From an uncultured Methanosarcinaceae archaeon (GTDB taxonomy: Archaea > Halobacteriota > Methanosarcinia > Methanosarcinales > Methanosarcinaceae), in NCBI GenBank assembly GCA_963727895.1, contig CAVSHT010000004.1:32001-96000 (forward strand): a stretch of 64,000 bases of DNA, written 5' to 3'. Position numbers and translations under genes: made by a program. Positions 24,119 to 36,164 of this stretch are shown piece after piece. Below the pieces are notes generated by a model. That model did not search any database and had not been told where the DNA came from. It saw only the letters and a list, made by a program, of their open reading frames with translations. How positions within the stretch are numbered: position 1 is the first letter of the stretch; each line of letters starts with the position of its first letter.

Positions 24119-24742
24119 CAAAAAGAGGAGCATTTTTAGTAGTCTTTTTTATAATATTTAGAGGAATAGTAGATTTTTGGAGATTTCTACAAAGCCAATG
24201 TAAATTGAACTTAATTTATAGGACTGTTTTCATTAATTACACAAAACACTATATAATCCTATAAAATGTGGCAACAATCTAAACTTCTTGTAACACTAAC
24301 TAAATTTATTTTAAATATTTTAACTAGATCTATAAAATTTCTATTAATATTTTTCATGTATACTATTTAAAAAACTTTGACCACATAAGCCAAATTTATA
24401 TAATCAGTGTAACCTAATTTCATCAATAACATAAGATACTTTATCATGGGGAAAATTATATGCAATTTATAAAATTCAGTGTATCTATCATTGAATAGTT
24501 CGTCTATTAAAAGAGTAAGCATTTTCTCAAAAGTCATTGAATTATTCCTTTGTATAGAAAAATTTGGATTTTTAAAGAATTTTAGAGTTATAAGAAAAAT
24601 AAATCATACTAAATTTTATAATGTTAAATGATAAAATATCAAAAAGATAAAGAGAAACACTTTAAAATAATCAAACTCTGATTCAACCTATTAGATATTA
24701 TTGATAAGATCTGAATTCAGAGTCCGTTTGGGAGTGAGACAG

Positions 24743-26008
24743 ATGATAAACCTAAAGCAGATGATTCTCTCGCTAATGTGCTTTTCTATTTTATTAAACA
24801 TTCCTATTGTATCATGTAGTTCTCAAGTCGTTTATGTTGCAGGAGATGGCACTGGTAACTATAATTGCGATGGTAAAGTTGATGATATACAGATAAACCA
24901 AGCTCTTAGTTATGCTGCTAATCACCCCGGTACAATAGTATATCTAAAAGGGCCATTTGTTTATGATATAAGAAGTTCTTGTTTAATTGGATCAAATACT
25001 GAACTTACAGGAGACTCTAATGTAAAACTCAAATTAACAAATAATGCTGGGTGGACAACCAAAAGTGCAGGAACTCCAATTATAGGTCAATTAGGAGGCA
25101 CGGGAACTGTTGTTCATGATATAAAAATACATGGATTTGAAATAGACGGTAATGAAGGTGCTCAATCAGGTTCTGGAGGAAATGATCTGTATAGAGTAAT
25201 TTCTTTCCAAGGATCAAGTAGTGCATCTGTATATAATATTCAAGTATATAATATGAATTTACATGATGCAAAAGGCGATGGATTTAGATGTACATATGGA
25301 AAAAACATCTATTATTGTAACAATATTGGAAATAACTTACAGCATACTTGTGTAATGTATTCTTGTATTAATTCAGGAGAAATACATGACAATATTGCTC
25401 ATCAGTGTACTTGCTCAGGAGATAGACTAGACAACTGCCAAAATATTACAGTATATAATGAAAAAATTTTACCATATTCTGGCACTACAACATATCCAAA
25501 AGACAAACAAGGTTATGCATTATCTGACACCGGTATACAAATAATCAATGCAGCTTCTTCTCCGTCTACTTCAAAAATAACAATTCACGATTGTGATATT
25601 ATGTCTGGAGTCAACGGCATTTGGCTCAATAACTTAAATGATGCATCAAATGTTATTATCTATAATAATGTTATACATGATAGTGGATTTGAAAGCGTGG
25701 ATGTCACTCGAAATGGCGGACTTGCAATTAATAAATGTGAGAATGGAATTACAATCAAAAATAATAATATCACAGGTTCTTATGTTGCTGGAATAAATGT
25801 TAATAGTGCAGTTTCGGGTACTCGCAAAGTAACTGTTACAAACAATAATATTATGGATGGCAAAACTGGATATGCTATAAAAAATAGTGTTTCCTCATAT
25901 GTTAATTTAATTTTAACTCATAACTATATATATGGGAATCCAGCTAAATTTTATCCATCTTCTCTTGTTAATACAAATCCGGCAACATCTCCAAACAAGA
26001 AGATTTAA
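24743..26008 (+). CDS. right-handed parallel beta-helix secreted protein, paralogue of 22462..23922
   Basis: Signal peptide. VYVAGDGTGNYNCDGKVDDIQINQAL motif. Beta-helix repeats. Confidence 0.8.
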   Translation: MINLKQMILSLMCFSILLNIPIVSCSSQVVYVAGDGTGNYNCDGKVDDIQINQALSYAANHPGTIVYLKGPFVYDIRSSCLIGSNTELTGDSNVKLKLTNNAGWTTKSAGTPIIGQLGGTGTVVHDIKIHGFEIDGNEGAQSGSGGNDLYRVISFQGSSSASVYNIQVYNMNLHDAKGDGFRCTYGKNIYYCNNIGNNLQHTCVMYSCINSGEIHDNIAHQCTCSGDRLDNCQNITVYNEKILPYSGTTTYPKDKQGYALSDTGIQIINAASSPSTSKITIHDCDIMSGVNGIWLNNLNDASNVIIYNNVIHDSGFESVDVTRNGGLAINKCENGITIKNNNITGSYVAGINVNSAVSGTRKVTVTNNNIMDGKTGYAIKNSVSSYVNLILTHNYIYGNPAKFYPSSLVNTNPATSPNKKI

Positions 26009-26140
26009 ATTAAAATTTAGTCGACTGGTTCCGTTGCAAACAAATTATGAAAGGGATTTACTGAAATAATAGAAATATAGGAGTATATGTTATGCCAGTA
26101 AATTCCTTTAAATTGAAACATTATGCAGGGGAGATTATTT

Positions 26141-27083
26141 GGTTCCGTTGCAAAAAATCTTAGAATAAGCATGTAAATCTATGGATAATGAACAAAAGTT
26201 AAAATATTAGAGAAGATGTATCAATATTACAGAACTATTCCAAATAATCAATTGATTACTGGTATTTTGATGGCAGTTTTGTAAATCATAATTGCCTATG
26301 TGTTTATCATAGAATTTTTGCATTTGATATGGGGTTATCGAAGAAAACTCTTATATTCTCATAATCTTTGGAATTGATTTGAACTCAAACACATAGCAAG
26401 CTTTAACCGATATCGTTTTTATTTGTTGAGTAAACAAACTCAACGAATTCGCTAGATTTTATTTATAAATGATCTGAGGTATTAGTGAAAAAAGGTGGGA
26501 ACTGTAAGGAAGGATATTACTCTTTGCTTGTTAATTTCAGAATTTCTTCTATTATCTGGTTTTTTATGCTGTTTGTTACTCTCTTTATTTTCTTCCTCTT
26601 CCATTTCTTTCCTGAATTCTATATAATCCCTCTCGACTTCTTCTATCTTGTTTTCCATTTGTGATCTCCATCCAATATTAGCAAGTCACACTCTATTTAT
26701 ATATTTTGGAATAATCTAGTATTTTTTTGAGTCGTTCAAATTCTCCTTCTAAGAATTCCCCATTCTATGAGCCTCTTTTCTATGTATCTCATTTCGTAAT
26801 CTGTAAAAGATAGGCTCTGGTAATGTCTAATAAAGCAACAATAACATAAAAATGTTGACTAGATTTTAGGAGATCTACATAAACTTGATTACTGGGGCCA
26901 AAACGAGTATGGTTATAAAAGGACAAATCAATAATCTAAATTACTCTGGTCTTAACGAAGCTAAATATATTAATCAATTATTTGGAATAGTTCTATAATA
27001 TTGATAAATCTTCTTGAGTATTTTAACTTTTGTTCATTATTCATAGATTTACAGACTTATTCTAAGATTTTTGCAATGGAACC
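26141..27083. mobile_element. non-autonomous cassette bounded by two inverted IS6 right ends
   Basis: IS6 right-end segments at both termini. Contains module X (26265..26440), a 58-aa ORF (26482..26658, minus strand) and a CAACA-N12-TGTTG site (26836..26857). Confidence 0.7.
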
Positions 27084-27362
27084 GGTAAAAGTAAATTTCA
27101 TGTATTTGCTGAAAATTTAAATATTTAATAAAGTTTATGAAACAACCTCAAGCAACGTATTCAACTTTACACTTGTCTAACAAAATTGTTGCATGTTTTT
27201 CGAGTTGGAAAATTCTCCATTGAATTTGAAGAGGATATGTTTATACTTTAATTAGTTGGCATTTTTAAAATCTGTATTCAATTAGTGATAAATATAATAA
27301 AGTTATAAAGTTGATAATTAACCAATATTTTTAAAAATTTATTGAATGAATGTGAGTCTATA

Positions 27363-27557
27363 ATGAAAAAATCAAGTTACATAATATTATTTATTTCCCT
27401 GATTGCCTTTTTTTCAGTTTATAACTCTTTGTTTTTGACTGCACCCATAAAATTCTCAGCGATTTTTGGAGTAATTATTGTATCAATAATTGAATCATTT
27501 CCACTATTTCTAATCATAGCCCTAATTATGATTATATTAACTCATAATCAAAAATAG
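27363..27557 (+). CDS. small two-TM membrane protein
   Basis: 64-aa hydrophobic ORF. Downstream hairpin CAGGGAAC...GTTCCCTG. Confidence 0.4.
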   Translation: MKKSSYIILFISLIAFFSVYNSLFLTAPIKFSAIFGVIIVSIIESFPLFLIIALIMIILTHNQK

Positions 27558-27703
27558 TCATATATTTTAACATTTTTCACAGGGAACCTCAACAGCAAAA
27601 GTTCCCTGCTTAAAGTAGGTATGGTAGATGTTTAAGTACAATCTTAATACACTATATAACTTGATAAACTCCGTAGAATGAATCATCCTAATTATTGCTT
27701 AGT

Positions 27704-27823
27704 GTTCATGTTCACAGATCTTCCTTAGTAAATCTGATTTAAATCTTCTGATATAGTCCAGTAAATATGAAATTCACAGGGAGTTTCATTAAGTGTTATT
27801 GTAGGAGGTCTGTGGACATGAAC
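27704..27823. mobile_element. 120-bp MITE
   Basis: IR GTTCATGTTCACAGA / TCTGTGGACATGAAC. Homologous to 19218..19456. Confidence 0.7.
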
Positions 27824-28078
27824 TCTAAGGTTATATTAGTATCCGGGTCGTGTTGCAAAAATTTTAATATTTGGGGAGCAGAGCAAAAAGGACGCGTGTT
27901 GTTGCAATTGCAACCCCCTAAAATCATATCTAATAAGTAAAAAGAGAAGACCATTGGCGTCAACCGATGGATAATACATAGAAGGCATATTGGTCTGAGA
28001 AGTTGCAAATAACATTCTTTATTTGTAACTCCTGAACATTTGTATACTTCACTGCTCAAACTACTTAGTCCAAATCTC

Positions 28079-28831
28079 TTATTTAATGTAGTACGTTACC
28101 TGTACTGACATTGAAACAGTAGACTCACCTGGCTGAATAGGAATGGAAACTGATCCCGCTGCTGTTTCTGTTGGCGTCTTGTATTCGGAATTTACTATAG
28201 AACCGCTGTTTTCACTTATAGATGACGTCTGAACGCCGGTTATCTTAGCACCCAGGCTCTTAGCAAGCGAAGTGGCTTTAGAGAATGCATCTGCTACTGC
28301 TTCATTCATCAGTTCCTCACGAAGCTGTTTTTGCTTGTCATCGGATACCGAGAATGAAATGCTTCCAATATCATTAGCTCCGGCGGCTGTGGACCTGTCA
28401 ATTATCTCACTCAGGTTGTTGAGTTTCTTGGTTGTGACCTGCACACTGTTGGATGCAGAGTAGCCTTTGATTGTTTGCGTATCATTCGCATTGTAGTTGT
28501 ATACCGGGGATACGGAAACATAGGATGTCTGTATTTCCTTGTTCTGCAATCCCATTGCTTTGAGTCCTGCTATTACAGTGCTCATAAGGACTGCGTTTTT
28601 ATCTGTCGCTTCCTTTGCAGTTTCAGATTGAACTACAACACCGATGTTCAATGTTGCCGTGTCAGGGATAACTTTCTGTTCAGCATATCCACTAATGGAA
28701 ATAGTATTTTTCGTATCTTTTTCGGATCCACTCTGTGAAATGACATATATCGTTGCTGACATCAGCACTAGAATAACTGATAGCGCAATGATAACATAAT
28801 AAAGCTTATCGTTTTTATTTTCCTGTGGCAT
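28079..28831 (-). CDS. SIMPL/DUF541 domain protein
   Basis: ISISG.AE.KV.PDTA...GAND IGSISFS...PGESTVSMSVQVTY pattern. N-terminal TM. AGGAG RBS. Confidence 0.85.
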   Translation of the reverse strand: MPQENKNDKLYYVIIALSVILVLMSATIYVISQSGSEKDTKNTISISGYAEQKVIPDTATLNIGVVVQSETAKEATDKNAVLMSTVIAGLKAMGLQNKEIQTSYVSVSPVYNYNANDTQTIKGYSASNSVQVTTKKLNNLSEIIDRSTAAGANDIGSISFSVSDDKQKQLREELMNEAVADAFSKATSLAKSLGAKITGVQTSSISENSGSIVNSEYKTPTETAAGSVSIPIQPGESTVSMSVQVTYYIK

Positions 28832-28921
28832 TTTCACATACTCCTTTTTCAATACTTTGTTAACTGATGATTCGACCAATTCTAGCAATTAATAAATGCA
28901 CACATACATATTAAAAAGTTA

Positions 28922-29010
28922 GGTACTGTGTAGTCTATGGGGTCTGGGATAAATTTTCAGCATTCTGTGACGTCTGTCATAAAGTCAAACCCCGTAGACT
29001 ACACAGAACC
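28922..29010. mobile_element. 89-bp MITE
   Basis: IR GGTACTGTGTAGTCTATGGGG / CCCCGTAGACTACACAGAACC. Degenerate copy at about 39715..39803. Confidence 0.7.
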
Positions 29011-29058
29011 TCTCAAACTCATTAAAGGTTCATAGTAGGATTCTGTAGCAACTAATGC

Positions 29059-29970
29059 TTATTCTACTACAGTTGCGCATGCAAAGTGTCCATGTTTAGA
29101 TGCATGATATCCATCTGAACGCCTTTGGAAATAACGTTTTTCAATGGCGAGTGAGTTTAAATCCTCATAAAGTTTCAATTTTAAACTTATCAGATTGTCT
29201 GCCAATGTCAATGGGTTAAAGCCTGTTATCATTGGTTCTCCTATTTTTTGTAAAAACTCTTGTTTCCTTTTCATTTCTGTAGATAGATTATTCTGATTAA
29301 ATGCGTCATTATCTAAGTAATCAAAAACAACAGTGCTGCCTATTGGAGCAACATTTGTGATTGAATGAAGAGTAGAAAACACCTCATCAGGGGTCAAGTA
29401 CATGGTGACACCTAGCCAACTAAAAAAGGTTTTAGCTCTTGTGTCATACGATGATGAACGAGTTAGTACTGATTTTAGGTCTTCTTTTGTGAAATCAATA
29501 GAAATGAAATTCAATTTTGCAGGATGTTTCCATCCCAACTTAGCAATTCGATGAAGTTTAAATTCTTGTGTAGCAGGGTGATCAACTTCAAACACTTCTA
29601 ATTGTTCCATTAATTCTGGTCTCCGAAATGCAAAAGTGTCTAATCCTGCTCCAAGGATTACATACTGCTTAACTCCTTGACTAATAGCTTTCTCTAATGT
29701 GTCTTCAGTGTATTTTGCGCGGCTGAGAATATTAGGTGAACGAATTAAGGATACTAAGGTAGTTTTCGGGTCAGACTTTTGTTCGTTATGCTTGAAATTG
29801 TCGATCTGTTTAGCTTGAATCAAAATATTTTCAATACGTGCTCGTTTTTCTTCAGGAATTAAACTATAAGCTAGGAAATCATCAAATATTTTAGGAGTAT
29901 CATTCATGGAGTGATAAGCACGCGTGTAGGCTGTAATCATCGCAGTAAAACTAGGGTCTTTTTCTTTCAT
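29059..29970 (-). CDS. class I SAM-dependent methyltransferase (leucine carboxyl methyltransferase-like)
   Basis: QYVILGAGLDTFAFR, FEVDHP and WLGVTMYL motifs. Confidence 0.9.
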   Translation of the reverse strand: MKEKDPSFTAMITAYTRAYHSMNDTPKIFDDFLAYSLIPEEKRARIENILIQAKQIDNFKHNEQKSDPKTTLVSLIRSPNILSRAKYTEDTLEKAISQGVKQYVILGAGLDTFAFRRPELMEQLEVFEVDHPATQEFKLHRIAKLGWKHPAKLNFISIDFTKEDLKSVLTRSSSYDTRAKTFFSWLGVTMYLTPDEVFSTLHSITNVAPIGSTVVFDYLDNDAFNQNNLSTEMKRKQEFLQKIGEPMITGFNPLTLADNLISLKLKLYEDLNSLAIEKRYFQRRSDGYHASKHGHFACATVVE

Positions 29971-30391
29971 TATATTTTACAGGAGGCAAGTGAGTTTAAA
30001 TATTTGTATATTGGACCGTATCTCATTAAATCTAGTATTTTTAAGAGAAAACTACTGAATTTTTAAAAGTGATAAGTTCTTTTTGTGGAATTAAAAGATA
30101 ACCTAGTTTTGCCTATGTTTTTGTCTACTCAACTGTTACATACACTATAAGAATACATGGTATTTGACCGATTAGTAGATCCTTCAATGGCTAAAAAGGA
30201 TAAGAAAAGCATAGCTATTATACAATACACAAATATAAAATGTGTTTACTTAAAATTTACACAATTGTCTTAACAATTTAAAAATTAGGTTCTCCTAACT
30301 ATTTTAAGATTTGTATTAATTCATACTTTTACCGATTTCAAAAGATTACAGTTCGAAAACATTACATACTCCTTTTTACATTTTTGTTTTC

Positions 30392-30871
30392 ATGGTCGAG
30401 GATAAAAAGAGAACAGGTGTAAAGGTCTGTGGTTGGATCTCGGATGACGTGTTCTCCAAGTTGCAAGAACTAGGGTACAATAGCCACACAGTAATTGTAA
30501 GAAAAGGTGCAGAATTGCTTATTGGGCAACCCATTGGAGACCGAGGAGAACTTTTAGAGGGAACAGTAAGATACCCAATGTTCTCTCATAATTCCAAGTT
30601 AAAGAACAACAGAGAACAAACAGGGAACACAAAAGAACAGCTTGAACTAAGTAGAGAACGAGAGGGAACAATAAAAGAACTAAGGGCACAAAACGGAGAA
30701 CAGAGAGAACATATAGAAACCCTCAAAACAGAACTTGAAAAAGCTCATCAGGATAAGGATGATATCAAAAATCTTTATGATAATTACATGAGGCAAATGC
30801 AGACTCTTATTCAGCAGAAGGCAATTAAAGCACCTGGAGACGAAAGTAAAAAATGGTGGAAGTTTTGGTAG
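30392..30871 (+). CDS. coiled-coil protein with KKWWKFW C-terminus, likely mobile-element associated
   Basis: Possible ribbon-helix-helix N-terminus, heptad-rich middle and basic/aromatic tail. Confidence 0.65.
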   Translation: MVEDKKRTGVKVCGWISDDVFSKLQELGYNSHTVIVRKGAELLIGQPIGDRGELLEGTVRYPMFSHNSKLKNNREQTGNTKEQLELSREREGTIKELRAQNGEQREHIETLKTELEKAHQDKDDIKNLYDNYMRQMQTLIQQKAIKAPGDESKKWWKFW

Positions 30872-31116
30872 TCTTGGAAAGTGTAGGTTGAAATTGATAT
30901 AAAACATAGTTATAAAAGAAAAGAGAACATCGAGGGGATAAACTTCTCTTTTCTAGGGATTTCTCTTTTCTAGAAAGAACTGTTGTAGACATAATAGTTT
31001 AAAAAACCTTTGAGACTGTGAATTATATTACCAAGAAACTCTATAAATTCAAAAGATGGATAAAAAACTGGAAGGTCAAAAGCCTATTACTAAGGATCAA
31101 TTTGCTGTTATAATAA

Positions 31117-31190
31117 TTACAGGAAGCTCTCTCCCAAAAGCCCCCTGCATATCCACAAAAATGGAGGTATATTTCGCAATCTAAATACAA
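31117..31190 (-). ncRNA. candidate small RNA, copy 2
   Basis: Hairpin 31120..31147 with a pairing-preserving A to G change. TTTATAGA TATA-like box upstream. Contains ACCUCC. Confidence 0.45.
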
Positions 31191-31359
31191 CATACTGTTC
31201 TATAAAAATTACAGAAAAAACTCTTCTGAACAGTATTCCTATATAAAATAAAAGAAAGAGTTGGAACTGAAAGGTTCAGTAACTTCTCGTTCATTAGAAA
31301 TAATAAACTCCCCACTCTCAATTTTTGACATTCAATATTTTTCAATCTAATCTGTTAAT

Positions 31360-32680
31360 TTACTTTACTGTAATAGTCATAGTTTTGGCATTACTTCCAG
31401 CAGCGTTCTTCACTGTCAGTTTAACAGTATACTTTCCTGCTTTAGTATACTTGTGCGCTGGATCTGACTGCTGAAGTGCTTTTGTCACCGAAGTTCCAAG
31501 ACCATGACGTTGGTGAGCCTGTGCTCTTATCAGTAAACTTTACATTCAAAGGATGTTTTCCAGTAGTTGGAGATGCAGAAAATTTAGCAAGCGGTGAGTA
31601 GATAAGAGTACCCATGTAAATATCAGACCCGCTATTGCGCCCATCAACCCATACTATCCTATTGCCGTTGATTTTAGGAGAAGAAGCGGATTTACTGGTT
31701 GAGATTTGAGTGTCCGTTTTAGTGGAGATATCATACATCCGGATTTCACTTTCTTCAGTGATACGGTCGACATACGTGTATATTACCTTCTCGGCGTAGA
31801 TAGCAGGCTCTGTCGATATATCTGAAGGAAGAATGTGAGTCCATGTGTCAGTAGATAAATCATACATGGCAATATTATCGGCGTCAGTTACATAAACTAC
31901 CCTGCTACCGTAGATTGCAGGATCAAATGTATATTCAAAATCAAGCAGTTTTTCCTTGTGAGTAGAGAGGTTATATAGGCCGATATAGGAATACCCATTG
32001 CGCCCATCCTCCCATATTATCCTGCTGCCATAGATATGAGGATCTGCTTGCATTGATGCATCGGTAGTAATCTGAGTTTCTTTTCGAGTGAAGAGATCAT
32101 ACATATAAATATCATAGTTTCCTACAGGTCTGCCCCATTCATTAAAGCTTCCGCCATTACGTCCATCTGTCCATACTATCTTATCACCGTAAATGACAGG
32201 ATTATATGCTTTTCCGCTTTTAGTAATCCGAGTTTGTACTTTAGTAGAAAGATCCTGCATGTAAATATCAGATCCGCCATTACGGTCATCTGCCCATACT
32301 ACTATGTTCCCATAGACAGCGGGATTAGTCTGATTTGATTTATTGGTAGTATGGATCTCTTTGTGAGTGGAAATATCATATATGTAGATGTCGTAGTTTC
32401 CATTGCGTTTATCCTGCCATACTAAAATGTTGCCGTATATATCAGGACAGGATGCTGTTCCATGGGTAGTTATCCGAGTTTCAATGATCTTTGGCACAGC
32501 ACTAGTAGACGCACTTGTGACATTTGGATCGGTGATGATCGAAGCGTTGACATTTGAAAAAGTGACATTTTTAAGATCTTGGCTAGTGAGTGCCGAAGCC
32601 GTAGATGAAACAAGAATTAAAAATAAGATCAGAGCTGATGATACTGAAGCTAATGAATACAATTTTTTGTTAACTTTCAT
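31360..32680 (-). CDS. cell-surface beta-propeller repeat protein with C-terminal PKD domain (frameshift near 31460)
   Basis: Repeated P.IYG..IVW.D.RNG..DIY.YD units. FTDKSTGSPTSWSWNFGD. The PKD continues in another frame to a stop at 31360. Confidence 0.85.
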
Positions 32681-32922
32681 TATCTCTACTCCTGTTCTTT
32701 AGTTTATTTTTCATATTAAAAATGTTAATATTTTACTTACATACATACTTAAACTATTTTATATCAACATAAATTTCATAAAATAGTTTAGCTTGAAAGA
32801 AGTTAACCGTGAAAAAAGAATAGAGATGATAAGAGAGCTTACTTGATTAGGAAGCGGTATAAGGAAGAAAAAAGGGCCGTTGGTGAGAATCAATATACTA
32901 TTTCACATAATATTCAAAAAAC

Positions 32923-33072
32923 GGTTCCGTTGCAAAAATAATTTTTCTGTACTTTGAGGTTATTTTTCTTCCCTTTAAATATAATTTTAACCCAAATTTA
33001 CTCACTAAAATTATCTTATTGTGAAGGTTTTCAACGATTTTGTAAAATGCTCTGATTTTTTGCAACGGAACC
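32923..33072. mobile_element. 150-bp IS6-derived MITE
   Basis: IS6 IRs. Family of 2549. Confidence 0.85.
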
Positions 33073-33552
33073 ATTGATTTCATGTTAAGTGCAAAACGAG
33101 ACCAAAAAGCAGCGAACAGATTCTTCAAAAAAGCTTTGAACTCTAATCATAATCAAATTCCAAGAGTAATAACAGTTGACAAAAATCCAGCTTATCCACC
33201 TGCTATAGATAAACTGAAAAATGATAAAATACTACCTAGAAACGTAGGCATTCGACAAATCAAATATTTGAATAACATTATAGAACAAGATCATAGATCC
33301 ATTAAACGAATAGTTAATCCAATGTTAGGATTTCAGTCTTTTCGATCTGCTATTAAGACTTTAAAAGGAATTGAAGCTGATTTAAAAAGGACAAGTCAAG
33401 AATCTAAATTACTCTAGTCTTAATGAAGTTAAATATGTTAATCAATTATTTGGAATAGTTCTATAATATTGACACATCTTTTTGAATATTTTAACTTTTG
33501 TTTATTGATTATGGATTTACAGGCTTATTCTAAGATTTTTTGCAACGGAACC
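33073..33552 (+). mobile_element. 3' fragment of IS6
   Basis: Transposase C-half with an internal deletion. Right IR present. Confidence 0.85.
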
Positions 33553-33860
33553 CATTTTGGCGGTATATACCAAAACATCCATGAATAAACAGCAAAAATA
33601 CATAGGTTTTACCATAAACCATGTATTATATACAATGAAATTATACTATTAGTAACAAAAAGAAGTCGAAAGACACCAATATTATAATTTTGAATAATGT
33701 AACTGTCAACCCGCGCAAACGTGGACAAAACATACTCAATGATCAGCAGTTAACAAAAATTAGCCCATAAAATTTTAACGACGATGGCTAATGATGTTGT
33801 TTTTCCCAGGCTGAATAATTATGAAATTTTTACTTGGCTTACCTTTAAGGAAGTTTACAA

Positions 33861-34300
33861 ATGGTAGTTCTAGACGAACCTGTAGATATTCTTTTGGTAG
33901 AGGACGATGAAGGAGATGTTGGATTAATTGAAGAAGTTCTCGAAGAGGTAAAAATCAGGAATACTCTTCACATTGCTGAAAACGGTGAAGAGGCAATGTT
34001 CTTTTTACACGGTGAAGGAAAGTTTTCAGGTGCCCCGACCCCGGATATAATTCTTCTCGATTTAAATTTACCAAAAAAAATGGACGTGAAGTTCTCAGAG
34101 AAATAAAAGAAGATGATAACCTAAAACTTATACCCGTAGTGATTTTAACTACTTCCAATGCTGAAAATGATATACTTAAAGCTTATAATCTTCATACCAA
34201 TGCCTACGTTACTAAACCTCTTGACTTTGATCAGTTCACAAAAGTAGTCAAATCAATAGCAAATTTCTGGCTTGAAGTTGTAAAATTACCATTGAAATAA
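33861..34300 (+). pseudogene. single-domain response regulator (Rcp-like), frameshift near 34080
   Basis: ILLVEDD and PDIILLDLNLPKK, then in a shifted frame GREVL..IK...IPVVILTTS...AYVTKP...FWL. Confidence 0.85.
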
Positions 34301-34381
34301 GGTTAGAAGAGCTTGTTTTGAAATATATTCACTCCTTCTGAATCAATATTCGGAGAAGTTATTTCACGGTTAACGAACTAA

Positions 34382-34504
34382 GAGCCTATCCGAAAAGTCA
34401 GTAATACATATCGAAAAGTTACAATAGGTCTAAATATCCGGGCATCTATTACGGTTTTGCATATTGTAAAAGTTATAGCAGGTAACCACTTTTCGGACAA
34501 GCTC
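34382..34504. mobile_element. 123-bp IS5-type MITE
   Basis: IR GAGCCTATCCGAAAAGT / ACTTTTCGGACAAGCTC. TAA target duplication. Confidence 0.8.
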
Positions 34505-34563
34505 TAAATGGAATAAATATACGAAATTAATAATGTAGGCTGCCGTTTATTTAAGGTTAAAAG

Positions 34564-34753
34564 GTATCCTCTTCAAATTCAATGGAGAATTTTCCAACTC
34601 GAAAAATGTGCAACAATTTTATCATATAGTTGTAAAGTTGAATGCATTGCTTGATATTGTTTTTTTGACTGGGTTAAATTTTTAAATTTTCAGCAAATAC
34701 ATGAAATTTACTACATGAAATTTACTTTTACCCATACAATTTGAAGAGAATAC
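34564..34753. mobile_element. 190-bp MITE
   Basis: IR GTATCCTCTTCAAATT / AATTTGAAGAGAATAC. Inverted truncated copy at 27084..27240. Confidence 0.7.
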
Positions 34754-35146
34754 GAAATTCCTAAAAAATCAAGTACGAAAACCATTGTGGATTAAAGTCT
34801 CGTTTTAGATAGTTAACAGTCTAATGCTGTTGATTTTTCAGTTTAACTACGTAAGTCCTAAAGATTAAAGAAAGCCTGGAAGAGTTTTGTCCCTTTTACT
34901 GTAGCTCCCGATACAGTAACTCCGAAAATCTCCCATCAATATATTCGGATTAGAACGTTTTCCAGGCAATTCTTTCCTTACATATACTACCAGTCACTTC
35001 CCATTTATGTTGATCCGTCCGTTTTGTCTACCGTGGTTTAATCTATTCGCTTCTTGGAATCGATCATATATGGTATAATCCGTTCACTTTGGTCTGTTCT
35101 TTTCAGTTTATAATCTATAATAATTACCAAATTTATTTATAATTAA

Positions 35147-35903
35147 GGCATTGTTCCTTAACTATATCTAGTTCTTTATTTCTGTATTTCATCAATAGAA
35201 TAACCGAGTACTTTAGCATTTCAAGACTTTTTGTATAACACTTTGTCTTTCGTCTCAATCTTGCTAGAAAATGCCTCAATATGCTGTTATATTCCTCAAC
35301 TGTAAATGTTTCTGCTTTTGATTGAGTATGACTCTTTTCTGGAAGAAACTCTGCATATGCTCTCCAGTGATCTGTCATCACTTCTCCAATCTCTTTTTTC
35401 TTCAATTTTTCCCAGAGTAGTTTTCCAGTTTCCGTTCCTCTGCTACCAAAAGAGCAGTTGATGAACTTTTTCCCAACTCTATCAACAGCAATCCAGATAC
35501 AACAGCAATCCAGATACAGCAATATTTTTTTTGTTACCGACGTAAGTGTGCATCTCATCCATTTCAACAATAGATATAGCATTTTCACTTTTTAGATCCT
35601 CTAACTCCTGACCAAATTTCTTTATCCATTTTTGGACAGAAACATGACTTACCCCTAAAACTCTTCCTATTGAGCGGAAGCCCAATCCTTCAAGATAGAG
35701 TTGTAAAGCCTGTCTTTTTACAGAAGCGGAAAAAGCAGTTGATTTTAGCTCTACTGTATAGTTATAGCCACAATCAGAGCATTTGTACCGTTGACGCCCG
35801 CCAACTATACCATTCTTTTTGTGATTGGAACTATTACATTTTGGGCAGTTCACGCAGAAATATATGTTATAAACATATATATCTATTTTTGTTTACCAAT
35901 GCC
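35147..35903 (-). mobile_element. IS1-family element, frameshifted by 17-bp duplication
   Basis: Both IRs present. ORFs 35482..35853 and 35133..35588. Confidence 0.9.
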
Positions 35904-36143
35904 CAGGAGAATATTGATGTACCCATCTCATTATCGTACTGTGATCAACTTCTACTCCTCTTTCTGCCATCATTTCCTTTAAATTTCGATAACTTAATGG
36001 ATATTTTAAGTACCATCTGACATTCAATAGGATAATTTCACCAACAAAGTGCTTCCATTTAAAGGAATTAGATAGCATATCACTATCTTTTATTTCATTT
36101 TTATTTTATTATGTCCCTAGCAGATATTTTTTGTAACGGAACC
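35904..36143 (-). mobile_element. 5' fragment of IS6 cut by IS1
   Basis: Left IR and MLSNSFKWKHF...HQYSP. Confidence 0.85.
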
Positions 36144-36164
36144 AATTTTTGCAACAGAACCGTT

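Noticed and set aside
32898..33128. ORFs read through MITEs and IS ends (also 11862..12086, 27796..28059, 36101..36310, 51325..51687)
   Set aside because: Translations of IR or MITE sequence, such as the recurring VPLQK and FATEP.
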